Source: an uncultured Hyphomicrobiales bacterium (GTDB lineage: Bacteria > Bacteroidota > Ignavibacteria > Kapaibacteriales > UBA2268). Taken from it: DNA of 64,000 bases. Each line of letters starts with the position of its first letter. Within the stretch, counting starts at the first letter, position 1. Position numbers and translations under genes: made by a program. The DNA is taken from assembly GCA_964473465.1 (NCBI GenBank), contig CAYYPE010000011.1, forward strand, positions 555 to 64,554, in the 5' to 3' direction. Positions 20,767-31,200 of the stretch are shown one piece after another. Under the pieces are notes generated by a model, which was not told the DNA's origin, ran no database searches, and saw nothing but the letters and a program-made list of their open reading frames with translations.

Positions 20767-22293
20767 TTAAGAATTATTCAACATTGAAATCTTGTTTTTA
20801 ATATAACTATGATAATCATCTACATCGAGAATTTTTCCAGTCAGCATTTCCATTAGAGTTTTTGGTTCATATAATTTTCCATGTTGATGAATATTTTCTT
20901 TGAGCCAGTTTTTTATTGGTATAAAATTTCCATTTTCTATCATGCTCATCACATCTGGCAAATCTTCCTTAATTTTTTTCCATAACATAGCAGAATAAAT
21001 CTTGCCCAATGTATAGGTCGGGAAATAGCCAAAGCTTCCATGAGCCCAGTGAATGTCCTGAAGGCAGCCTTCTCTGACGGATTCCGGGTTCAAACCAAAA
21101 TATTCATAAAATCTTTGATTCCAAATGTCGGGGATATCTCTGACCCTTATTTTTTTATTAATCAGTTCGTTTTCTAATTCAAATCTAAGGATAATATGTA
21201 GATTGTAGGTCAGTTCATCGGATTCAGTTCGGATAAAGGATTTTGAGATCTTGTTAATTGCCCGGAAAAAATCAAATGATGTTATATTTTTTAATTGTAA
21301 TGGAAAATTTTCTTTAAGAATAGGCAACAACCATGAAGAAAATTCTACTGTTCTGGCAATGATTTTTTCCCATAAGAGTGATTGTGATTCATGAATACCG
21401 TAAGAAGAACCTTCCTCAAGAAAAGTCCTGTAATAGTCATTACTGATATTTTGTTCATATAAGCCATGCCCTGCCTCGTGAATAGCAGAAAAAATACAAC
21501 TCCTTAGATCGTTTTCCAAAACTCTTACGGTGATTCTAACATCTTTTTGTGAAAAAGAAGTAGTGAAAGGATGAATAGATTTGTCGAGCCTTCCATAATA
21601 AAAATCAAATCCCATTTTTTCACAGATTTGTTTTGCTACGTTAAATTGAGCTTTTTTGTCATAATTATCGAACAAAAAATTGTCATCTATTGTTGAGCTA
21701 ATATCGAGTGCATCATCTAAGATATCTCTTGTAAATTCTCTAATTGTATCGAAGTAAGGGTGAAGAAAAGAATAAGTCATTCCCGGTTCATATATATCAA
21801 GTAGTGCATCATAAGGATTTTCGGTAAAGCCATAATAATTTGCCTGTTCAATTTTAAGATTTGTTAAATTTTCGAAGTCTTCTTCAAAAAATTTAAAATT
21901 ATTTTCCTGTCTGGCTTTTTTCCAGCTTTCTGTTGCATAAGTTCTTGCTTTGGTAATATTTTCAACGAATTTTTGTGGAAGCTTAACAGCAAGTCTATGT
22001 TCTTTGAGAAAAGTATAAAAAATTCTATTCTCGAATGGATTTGAATTTCCAGCATATTTTTTAATTTTATCAGCTAAAGTTTTTGCTTTTTTTGAGGTAA
22101 TAAGCTTATGAGCAATTGTTTCAAGGGTTACTAATTGACTTGCACGTGAGACAACAGAGCCGGGTGGCATATATGTTTCCTGATCCCACCCAAGAAGGGA
22201 GGAAGAATTATGAATATCTTTAATAATATTCATAAATTTCAAAACATCTTGCAACAAGGGGCTATTCTGCTTTCGGATATTTATAGTGTTCAT
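20767..22293 (-). CDS. M32 family metallocarboxypeptidase (carboxypeptidase Taq-like)
   Basis: 508 aa with the HEAGHGLYEQ zinc motif in the position typical of M32, plus the conserved DIHW and HGS motifs. Confidence 0.9.
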   Translation of the reverse strand: MNTINIRKQNSPLLQDVLKFMNIIKDIHNSSSLLGWDQETYMPPGSVVSRASQLVTLETIAHKLITSKKAKTLADKIKKYAGNSNPFENRIFYTFLKEHRLAVKLPQKFVENITKARTYATESWKKARQENNFKFFEEDFENLTNLKIEQANYYGFTENPYDALLDIYEPGMTYSFLHPYFDTIREFTRDILDDALDISSTIDDNFLFDNYDKKAQFNVAKQICEKMGFDFYYGRLDKSIHPFTTSFSQKDVRITVRVLENDLRSCIFSAIHEAGHGLYEQNISNDYYRTFLEEGSSYGIHESQSLLWEKIIARTVEFSSWLLPILKENFPLQLKNITSFDFFRAINKISKSFIRTESDELTYNLHIILRFELENELINKKIRVRDIPDIWNQRFYEYFGLNPESVREGCLQDIHWAHGSFGYFPTYTLGKIYSAMLWKKIKEDLPDVMSMIENGNFIPIKNWLKENIHQHGKLYEPKTLMEMLTGKILDVDDYHSYIKNKISMLNNS

Positions 22294-22299
22294 AAAAAT

Positions 22300-23427
22300 T
22301 TATTTTTTTACTCTTCTGAAAGACTGGTCTTTCCATTTTATTGTCTTTTTGAAAAGAAGAAAAGGGACAAAAATTTCTAACGTAATAAAAAATATTACCG
22401 ATGGGATAATCCATGGTATTAATTCGTGTTTTTTTAGTCTGATAATTGAAGGCAAGACAACAATATAATCTCCTATGATTCTGATAACGGGAAATAAAGA
22501 AGCAAGGAAATAGTTGCCGGTTACAATAGATATTATCAAACCTATCCATAAGGAAATTGAAGAAAGAACAAAGGTAAAAGCTTTCCACCCGAGTTCCATG
22601 CCACCAACAGCCCATCTGTGATGTTGATGTAAATATTCTCCGAGAGTTCGGCAAGGAAGTGTGTCAATATCGGCATCTTCATCAACAAGATAAATTATTC
22701 CTTTGCCTTGTTTGTGAAATTCAGTTATCAAGGCAAGATCTTCGGTAACAGAAAAGCGGATTTTTTCAAATCCTCCGATTTCATCAAAATCGGACTTCCT
22801 TACTGAAATATTATTACCAAAACAACCAAGCGGTTGCCCTAAACCAATTCCAGCACATGCTAAAGTATGCATATAAATCCATTCAATAGCCTGAATTCTG
22901 TTGAACAAACCTTTACCTTCAATATTGGTAAAAGAAGCCACAAAACCTATTTTTTTGTTTTTATAACATGAGGAAATTTTTTTAATCCAGTTGGGTCCAA
23001 CTTTGCAATCGGCGTCAGTCATAAGGATAATCTCACCATTTGCTTCATCAATCCCGGACTGTAAGGCACCCGGTTTGCCCTTGAGATTGATATGTAGATG
23101 AGCTTCGTCAATATTAACTACTTTAAGATTCTCAATTTTTTTGGATAGTTCAGTTAAAATTTCTCCTGTCTTATCAGTTGAGCGGTCGTTGACAGCTACA
23201 ATTTCAAAATTTTCAATTGGATAATTATTGATAGAGATTGAATTAATGCAGTTTTCGATGTTCTCTTCTTCGTTTCTTGCAGGAACCACAACTGAAACTT
23301 TTGGATATTCATTGTCCCCGAAGAAATCAATTTTTTTGTTTCTTTCAATATAAGAACCAAGGGAAAATATGATTGTTCGGGAAATTAGAATAGTAATTGA
23401 GATTATTATTATTATGTCAATAATCAT
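22300..23427 (-). CDS. Family 2 glycosyltransferase (membrane-anchored, processive-type)
   Basis: N-terminal TM helix, a DxD-type motif in …ILMTDADCKV…, the QxxRW motif (QHHRW) and C-terminal TM helices. Confidence 0.8.
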   Translation of the reverse strand: MIIDIIIIISITILISRTIIFSLGSYIERNKKIDFFGDNEYPKVSVVVPARNEEENIENCINSISINNYPIENFEIVAVNDRSTDKTGEILTELSKKIENLKVVNIDEAHLHINLKGKPGALQSGIDEANGEIILMTDADCKVGPNWIKKISSCYKNKKIGFVASFTNIEGKGLFNRIQAIEWIYMHTLACAGIGLGQPLGCFGNNISVRKSDFDEIGGFEKIRFSVTEDLALITEFHKQGKGIIYLVDEDADIDTLPCRTLGEYLHQHHRWAVGGMELGWKAFTFVLSSISLWIGLIISIVTGNYFLASLFPVIRIIGDYIVVLPSIIRLKKHELIPWIIPSVIFFITLEIFVPFLLFKKTIKWKDQSFRRVKK

Positions 23428-23552
23428 CTTCTAAGAATACGTTTGTTAAATTATGCTAAAAACATTTTAATAAAATTTCAATAATAGTTTGCTAAAATAA
23501 ACAAAAAAAGTAATTTTACTGAGTTGATTAGAGTAAATTTATTTTTTATAAA

Positions 23553-24902
23553 GTGAGCAAAAGCGTTAATCTAATATCAGGACCGATAGATTCATCACTT
23601 AGAAAGTTTGCCTTACCATTGGCTTTCAGCTTTTTAATACAAAACCTTTATACATGGGTTGATATGTATTATGTAAGTCGTTTGAGTCCAACAGCTATAG
23701 CCGCATTAAAAGTATGCGAGCAGTTAATTTTCTTCCTGTTTTCAATAGCAAGTGGTTTTGCCATTGGGTCAGGTGTTGTTGTTGCAAGGCGAATAGGCGA
23801 AGGAGAAAAAAGCAAAGCAAATCACACAGCTACTCAATCTTTATTACTAATGTTAATAATTGCTATAATTTTGGCAACATTTTTTTACTTTTTTTCTCCA
23901 CTGATTCTGAAGTTGATGAACATCAAAGGGGAAGTATTTGTCCTTTCGGTTCAATATTTATCAATGATTGTATTTGGGATACCGGCAAATTTTTTGATTT
24001 TTCATATAAACGCCATTGTGAGAGCTTCGGGGAACTCTGTTTTTCCGATGACTATATTAATAACTGCAAATGTGCTGAATGCAATTATAGCCCCATTTTT
24101 AATTTTTGGAATAGGTCCTTTCCCGAGAATGGAAATTTACGGAGCAGGTCTGGCAGCGGCTATTGCCCAGAATTTAGGCTTTTTGATTGCATTATTTTTT
24201 ATTCTCAAAAAGTTTGCTCCCATTGAACTTGAACTAAAATCTTTAAAAATTGATAATCTAATATTCAAAAAGATTATCAAAATTGGAGTCCCTGCCACTC
24301 TTCAGCTTATTGCAGTCAGTGTTAACAGAATTATACTCACATCCATTGCAAATATGTTCGGTGTTACCGTTCTTACTACCTATATGTTTGGTTTAGGAGT
24401 TGATTTGTTTGTGTTTATGTCTATTTTTGCAGTGGGTGCTGCTATAGAGATTATAACAGGTCAGAACCTTGGAGCCAATAAAATTGACAGAATTTTTAAG
24501 TATCACATGTCTTCAATCAAGCAGTTGACTGTTCTATTGGTGGTGTTGATTATACTCGTATTTCTTGCAGGTGAGTATTTCACTTCAATATTTATAAGTG
24601 ATTCTGTATTAATCAAGGAAATTGTTATTTATCTAAGAATAGCGGTCTTTTCATATATACCATTTGCTATTGGAATAGTCTCTTTGCGTGTTATCAGCGG
24701 TTCTGGTGATTATGCCAGAAGCTTGAGAATTGTTCTGTTTATTTTCTTTGGTGTGCAATTACCGGTATGCTTTATTCTTTCAAACTATACATCATTGAGT
24801 TATATGGGAATCTGGTATGGTATTTTGGTTAGTCAGTTAGTTTTTGCTTTTGTTAGCCTTAGAATTTTATACAAGAAAAAATGGATATCGACAAAAGTAT
24901 AA
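23553..24902 (+). CDS. MATE family multidrug efflux transporter
   Basis: 449 aa with 12 predicted TM segments. The N-terminal LRKFALPLAFSFLIQNLYTWVDMYYVSRL is typical of MATE/NorM. The apparent start is GTG. Confidence 0.88.
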   Translation: MSKSVNLISGPIDSSLRKFALPLAFSFLIQNLYTWVDMYYVSRLSPTAIAALKVCEQLIFFLFSIASGFAIGSGVVVARRIGEGEKSKANHTATQSLLLMLIIAIILATFFYFFSPLILKLMNIKGEVFVLSVQYLSMIVFGIPANFLIFHINAIVRASGNSVFPMTILITANVLNAIIAPFLIFGIGPFPRMEIYGAGLAAAIAQNLGFLIALFFILKKFAPIELELKSLKIDNLIFKKIIKIGVPATLQLIAVSVNRIILTSIANMFGVTVLTTYMFGLGVDLFVFMSIFAVGAAIEIITGQNLGANKIDRIFKYHMSSIKQLTVLLVVLIILVFLAGEYFTSIFISDSVLIKEIVIYLRIAVFSYIPFAIGIVSLRVISGSGDYARSLRIVLFIFFGVQLPVCFILSNYTSLSYMGIWYGILVSQLVFAFVSLRILYKKKWISTKV

Positions 24903-24950
24903 AAATCAAATACTATAAGTAATTTCGAATCTTATTTTGACTATGTTAAG

Positions 24951-26255
24951 ATGATAGAAAAATTTATCCTTAATTTTCATTTTTGTTCAAAGATAACAAT
25001 TTATTTATTTATATCCGGAACTGTTTTTTTTGCTACTAAACATAATCTCAAGTCCGAATGGGTAGATATAAGCCCAAAATCACTGAATCTGAAGGAGACA
25101 ATTTACGATATAAGCTTTGTAGATAATGATACTGCTTACGCTGTTGGTTGGAGTTCTTCCCGTTCCATTATTTTGAAGACAACAAATAGTGGCAAAGACT
25201 GGCAATTAAGGGAAATAAAGGGTTTTTATTTTTTTTCAGTTGAAGCTATTGCAGAAAAAATATTCATTGTAGGATATTCAGCCAGATGTATGTGTGGAGT
25301 TTTTTATTACTCTTTTGACAATGGTGAGAACTGGAATTTTTATGAATTTGATGGCGAAAAGATGCCTTTGACATTTGGAGCAATGAAGATAAGGAAAGAT
25401 CTTAGTAATAAATACTTCGTTACTGGTTTTAATGGCATAATTATCTTTTCGGAAGATGATGGGGAAAGTTGGGAATATGCCAAAACAGATAATAATACCG
25501 ATATTTTCCGGGATATTGTTTTTCTAAACGAAATAAATTATTTTTCAATAGCTGGCAAGAATTCAATCTTTTCAGATAAGATTTACATTTCATATAATTC
25601 CGGGGAAAAATGGGATTTATATTCAGATTTGTCAGATAAGCAAATCTCAATAAGCGGATTTCATTTTTTTAGTCCTGAGACTGGTTTCATTTTCGGAATT
25701 GGTCATGGTCAGGAGGCAATATATCATACTAATGATGGTGGAAAAAGCTGGAATCAGGTTTATCAGGGAGAAGTCGGTTATAATTTATTCAATGGATTAT
25801 TCATAAATGATAAGATAGGATTTACGGCAAAGCGTAAGGGGATGATATTTCAAACTACTGACGGGGGAAATTATTGGTTTGATGTTCAAACTCCATCAAA
25901 TAATAATATCAGGGGATTTAGAGCATATCAATATAATGGATTGCAAAATGTTTTTGCATTCGGAGAAAATGGGACAATTTTGAAATTTTCGATTGTTACA
26001 TCTGTTGATGGTGAGAATACTAAGTTTATCCTATCACCAAATCCAGCAGAGTCTTATATTGAATTTGATTTAGAAAATCATTTGCTCTATAAGAAAGGAG
26101 AAATATATAATTTACTTGGTGAAAAAGTTATCACCATAATGGATTTTAGAGAAAAAAATTTTGTAAATCTCGTGAATTTGAAAAATGGCTTATATATCCT
26201 TGTATTATATAATACTTACGGCGAAACAACCACAATAAAATTTCAAAAAAATTAA
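24951..26255 (+). CDS. T9SS-secreted beta-propeller protein (BNR/Ycf48-like repeats) with a type-A Por C-terminal sorting domain
   Basis: Repeated S/T-x-D-x-G-x-x-W motifs (TNSGKDWQ, DDGESWE, SGEKWD, DGGKSWN, DGGNYW). The C-terminus LSPNPAESYIEFDL…NGLYILVLYNTYGETTTIKF matches the T9SS CTD. Confidence 0.7.
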   Translation: MIEKFILNFHFCSKITIYLFISGTVFFATKHNLKSEWVDISPKSLNLKETIYDISFVDNDTAYAVGWSSSRSIILKTTNSGKDWQLREIKGFYFFSVEAIAEKIFIVGYSARCMCGVFYYSFDNGENWNFYEFDGEKMPLTFGAMKIRKDLSNKYFVTGFNGIIIFSEDDGESWEYAKTDNNTDIFRDIVFLNEINYFSIAGKNSIFSDKIYISYNSGEKWDLYSDLSDKQISISGFHFFSPETGFIFGIGHGQEAIYHTNDGGKSWNQVYQGEVGYNLFNGLFINDKIGFTAKRKGMIFQTTDGGNYWFDVQTPSNNNIRGFRAYQYNGLQNVFAFGENGTILKFSIVTSVDGENTKFILSPNPAESYIEFDLENHLLYKKGEIYNLLGEKVITIMDFREKNFVNLVNLKNGLYILVLYNTYGETTTIKFQKN

Positions 26256-26456
26256 AAAAATTAAAATTTTTTTGAGACCTTTTTGCATTTCATGTGTTTA
26301 ATATATTGAGATTGACAAAATATAAAAAAGTTATTTGAAAATTGGGAGAATTAAATCAGCAGAAAAAAAACTCTATTTTTGTTGGCTATAATCAAAGAAT
26401 TTAGTAAATTAAGAACTTGTTAACTTATTTGTTGTAAATATTTATTAAATTTTTTT

Positions 26457-28148
26457 ATGGAAATCAGAGATAAGAAAATCTTGGTACTTGGTGGATGGGG
26501 GCTGGTAGGTTCAGCGATTTGCCATAAACTTATGGAGCATAATCCATCGGCAATTATTATTTCGTCATTAAGAGAAAGCGAAGCAAAGGAAGCAATCGAA
26601 GCTCTTCGTAAAGAGTATAGCAGCAAAAATCCCGAAATGTTTATTCCGAAATGGGGTAATATTTTTACTCGCACAGAGTTTAAGGATAAAAACTGGTCAG
26701 ATGTTTTAGCCAACCGGGAATTGCGAAAGCTTGTTATCAATGATATATATGATGAACTTGACGATAGCATTCTGAAGGGTTCAGCCATATATGAATTAGT
26801 TAGTGAAACAAAACCGGATATTGTTATTGACTGTATTAATACTGCTACAGCAATTGCTTATCAGGATGTTTATAATACTTCGAGAGCAGTTCGAAACGAT
26901 CTGACAAAAAACAACCTCAACGAAGATTCAGTAGAACGTTTACTTGCAAGTATTTACATGCCGCAGTTGATAAGACATGTCCAGCTTGTTTACAGAAGCC
27001 TTGTTGATAATAACGTGAGAATGTATTTTAAGATTGGAACCAGCGGAACAGGCGGTATGGGATTAAATATACCCTATACTCACAGCGAGGAAAGTCCATC
27101 GAGAGTTCTTTTAGCAAAATCAAGCGTTGCAGGGGCTCAAACACTTTTACTTTTTTTAATGGCACGCACTCCAAACGCACCATTGGTAAAAGAAATCAAA
27201 CCTACAGCAGCTATAGCCTGGAAAAGAATTGCTTATGACAAAGTTTATCGCAAGGGCCAGCCAATCAGATTGGTTGATATGAATATCAATGACGCAAGGC
27301 CAATAAACGAACCCTTCCGCAAAGATGATTTGACTGGCGTTCAGGATTTAAACAAAGATTATGAGTCAGTTTTCATCGATACAGGTGAAAATGGCATTTT
27401 TTCCAAAGGGGAATTTCAGGCCATAAGTTCCTTAGGGCAGATGGAAGTTGTAACCCCCGAAGATATTGCAGTTTATACTATATTCGAAATTCTTGGAGGA
27501 AATACTGGCCACGATATTATTCAAGGACTTGATAGTTTCTCTCTCGGACCAACGTACAGAGGAGGTATGCTTCACAATCAAGCCTTGAGAAAACTAAATG
27601 AATTGGAGAAACAACATAATAATCATAGTATTGCCTTCGAAGCATTAGGACCACCAAGACTATCAAAGTTGCTTTATGAAGCTCACATTATAAATTTGGT
27701 TGTCGGGAAAATAAAAAATATTAGAAATTATTCTCCTGAAAAGCTCTCTGATGAAGCCTTTGAGGAAGTCAGCAAAAATAATGTTCTGAGAAGTGAAATG
27801 CTCTCCATTGGTTTGGGCATACTTTTGCCAGACGGGACAAAATACTTGAGAGGAAAAAATCTTATCGTTCCTAATATTGGTTCCGACGAATTGGTTGAAA
27901 TTACTGAAGAATTATTAAATTATTGGTGCAAGAAGGGTTGGATTGATTTAAGACCGACAAATATGCAACTATGGATAGATAGATTTAATAATATTATCTC
28001 TCAAGCTGAAAAAATTTCTGCTGATGAAACAAGTTCTCGCTACACATATAATTCAGATTACTGGGATAACTTTGAAGATATAGATGAAGGAAAGGTTGTG
28101 GGCTGGATTTTTGAATACGAAGATAAAGGCTGGAGATTTAAAAGATAG
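26457..28148 (+). CDS. Saccharopine-dehydrogenase-like NAD(P)-binding protein with a long C-terminal extension; function unknown
   Basis: N-terminal Rossmann motif KILVLGGWGLVGSAICHKL…SSLRESEAKEAIEAL, then KPDIVIDCINTATAIAYQDVY. This parallels carboxynorspermidine/saccharopine dehydrogenases (ILIIGAGGVGSVVAHK…KPQIVLNIALPYQD). The remaining ~350 aa has no recognised motif. Confidence 0.5.
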   Translation: MEIRDKKILVLGGWGLVGSAICHKLMEHNPSAIIISSLRESEAKEAIEALRKEYSSKNPEMFIPKWGNIFTRTEFKDKNWSDVLANRELRKLVINDIYDELDDSILKGSAIYELVSETKPDIVIDCINTATAIAYQDVYNTSRAVRNDLTKNNLNEDSVERLLASIYMPQLIRHVQLVYRSLVDNNVRMYFKIGTSGTGGMGLNIPYTHSEESPSRVLLAKSSVAGAQTLLLFLMARTPNAPLVKEIKPTAAIAWKRIAYDKVYRKGQPIRLVDMNINDARPINEPFRKDDLTGVQDLNKDYESVFIDTGENGIFSKGEFQAISSLGQMEVVTPEDIAVYTIFEILGGNTGHDIIQGLDSFSLGPTYRGGMLHNQALRKLNELEKQHNNHSIAFEALGPPRLSKLLYEAHIINLVVGKIKNIRNYSPEKLSDEAFEEVSKNNVLRSEMLSIGLGILLPDGTKYLRGKNLIVPNIGSDELVEITEELLNYWCKKGWIDLRPTNMQLWIDRFNNIISQAEKISADETSSRYTYNSDYWDNFEDIDEGKVVGWIFEYEDKGWRFKR

Positions 28149-28231
28149 GAAATTATATTTTTTTGAAATTAATATATTATACTAATTAACTTATGTTCAA
28201 TTTATTGCTTTTATTAACACAAGGAGTGCTT

Positions 28232-31200
28232 ATGAAAAAGAAATTACTACTTATTGCTGCTCTTTGCGGATTGTTGTTCTACACAAGCACAACATTTGCA
28301 AATGATAGCAAGCAAGTAGGCGACGAACTTCAAAGAAGAAGTCTTCTTTTTGAAGTTCCGGGATTTTATCAGGGTACAAGCTATCCAATGCCATTTCAGG
28401 AAATTGGAAACCCTGTAAATCGCCCACCTGTTTCCACAGGTTATTACTTTGTTGACAGCGATGACGAAGCTCCGGATTATTGGAGACCTATACCGGAAAT
28501 CGTTGATACAACAGTAGAACCCAACCTATGGCGAAGAATTTTGCCGGGTGCAAGACTTGTTGACCCTCAATACTGGATTGATAATCCACAGGAAGGTCTC
28601 AGGTTTTTCCGTAACCCAGCTTATCCAGCCTCAGATGGGAACTTCTTTACAGGTCCTACTGATTCAACCGATGACGCTATTGCCGGACCTATTCCAATAG
28701 GTTTCAGCTTTATTTTCAACGGTTTAAGGTATGACAGTTTTTATGTTTCAACAAATGGAATAATTGCTTTAACCAACAGAAGATACACTTACGATGCAAC
28801 AGGTCAGAAAGCTATTCTTCCCGGCGCAACCAGTTGTTATGACCCGATGAGCATGGACTGGTTCACAAGAGGAAGATCTGGGGATGGTTTAGCCGACAAC
28901 ACACCTGATAACTGGGGTTATCAGTATTCAGTTCTCGCTAATGCACCGACTTCTGCTACTGCCGGCATCAGAACAAGAGGCGGTTCGCTTGATCAGGCAA
29001 CATTCCAGACCAATAGATCAGCTTTGATTGCACCGTTCTTTGGTGATATGCATCTTTCACAGTTCAATCCTGATCTCAATCAGGCAGAAGATTTTGGGAA
29101 AGTCTATTTCAAACGCTCAAATTCTGCAGATAAACTGATAATTTACTTCATTAATATTGCTCCTCACAGAACACTTGCAACACCATTTGGAAATTATACT
29201 GGTCCAACTGATGCCCGTCCCGGTGTTCCTCAATATATTTCTGGTTCGGCACAGGTTGTATTGAACAGAATAGATAGTAGTGTTACTATTATTTATGAAA
29301 GATTCGAAGGTGTTGCTGTTGTTAGTGGAAGAGGCGTTCCTGCAAATACTGTTTTCAGATATAATACAACAGCAGGTGTATTCGGATATGCCCGCCACGT
29401 TAATTATGGTCAGACAACAGCTCCTGTTTATCCATGGGCAAGTGAATACTATCAGTCAACACACTATTTCATGAAATTTGCAAATGCACAGGCAACTTAT
29501 CCTCATAACTATTTAGCCGTTAAATTCAAACAATGGAAAAATACGGTTCGTGTTGTTGACATTCAATATCGTGTTAGAAAATCCGACCCAAATGCTGATT
29601 TGGATTTCTCAGAGCAAGTACCATCTTCACAGGTTAATAACTATGAATTGCTTGCTGGTGAAGAAAGAATCGGAGCCATTCAACCTGTTGCTTTGATTCA
29701 GAACCTTACCAACAACATTCAGGGACCGCAAGGCAAGAATTTTCAACCACAGCAGTTGAGATTCAGAGCACGTTTCAGAATTATCAACGAAGCTTCCGGA
29801 AGAATTATTTATAACCGTTTGGTTCCAATTGATAGTACCTGTTTGGCTCTTCCAGATTCATTATCTCAGGAATGTACCGGTGATCCGTTCGTAAGGGTAA
29901 GATACGTCAATGTTACCAAATCTGGTGCTAATTATTCCGCATCACCCCTTGCATTCCCTGGAACACAGAGATATAACGGTATTCCACCTTATGGCTATGT
30001 TCAGATTCTCTTCCCGCCATTTGAAGCAAACGAATTCGTTGCTAATCAGATTGGAAGAATGAGAGCTTATATTATAGCTGACCCAACTAACCCAATTACC
30101 AACGAGGGATTAGGTGATGAATGGCCATTTGATGATACGACATTTGTCAGACTTTTTGTTATGAAAAGATTGGATGATTTTAGCGATGATGTTACATCAT
30201 TCCATATCGTAAATAGAACTCCAATGCCTTCAACCTTGAAATGGGTAAATATAAATGCTGAGGTACAGGCTGGCGACGAAGTGTCAAAATATCCTTTACC
30301 CCCAAGAGGTGAATATTCAGCAACTAATAATAAAGATTTCACATTTTTGGATCCTAATTTTAGCACATTCAAACTTCAATCACCAGTAATAAGGATGAAC
30401 AGAGACCCTGAACCCCCTGCTAATTCCTACGGCGGTGATGAATTGCGTTCGTTCCCGATCAATTTGATTGGACGATACAATTCAGTCCTTTCTCTTTCTG
30501 TTCAACGTTCACTTTATCAACCTGATTGGCCCAGAGGCTGGAGCGATCAACAGTTAATAGCATGCGAACCGAGAACAGTGGTTAATGGTGATCCATTTAC
30601 AGTTTGGACAAATTATGCTGGTTCTGCTGCATCATTCCCCGATGAGTTTGCTGTTGAGTTGATGCAACCAAGCCCCAACGGAATTCAATATATTACTAAC
30701 GTTGAAGACAAACGCTGGAGAAACCATCCAAGACGTGGAGGAGCAAAAGCAGTAACTAATATGGCTGCTTATATTCTCTATGGTGCTGGTGGTGCTATGA
30801 GAGGTTTCCTCGAGGGCGACAAAGACTCTGCTCTTTCCCCGCCAACTGCAGGTTTCCTTAATGGTTTGAGACCTGATATTTATGACGATGGTATTGACTA
30901 TGAATACAAGAAAATCTTTATTCCAATACCTGATACTTTCATATCAGCTGAAAAAGACGGAGCCAAGAATTTCCGATTCAGATTGAAACTATATTCAAGA
31001 AATCAAGGTTTCGGAGGAAATAAGAAATGTATTTCCTGTATTCCTGACGATGATGACCCATTCTTTGTTGATAACGTAAGGATATTATTCCCGTCAGAAA
31101 TTACAGACCTTGAGATTTCGGTTGTAAAAGCTCAATGGCCTTACACAATAGCACCTGCTTCTCAGGCAGATAAGATTCCAATAAGAGTCAAGATGAGCAA

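Noticed and set aside
22262-22654. 130-aa minus-strand ORF overlapping the GT2 gene, plus other track ORFs such as 533-775, 1464-1898, 14673-14975, 23714-24226, 45475-45705 and 60696-61072.
   Set aside because: They lie inside or antisense to much longer ORFs with strong family signatures, and they have low-complexity or Cys/Arg-rich compositions typical of out-of-frame translation of AT-rich DNA. They are treated as spurious.
26256-26456. A 200-nt AT-rich intergenic region examined for a small RNA or riboswitch.
   Set aside because: No stable, conserved-looking secondary structure or terminator-flanked unit was found. It is most simply the promoter region of the 26457 gene.
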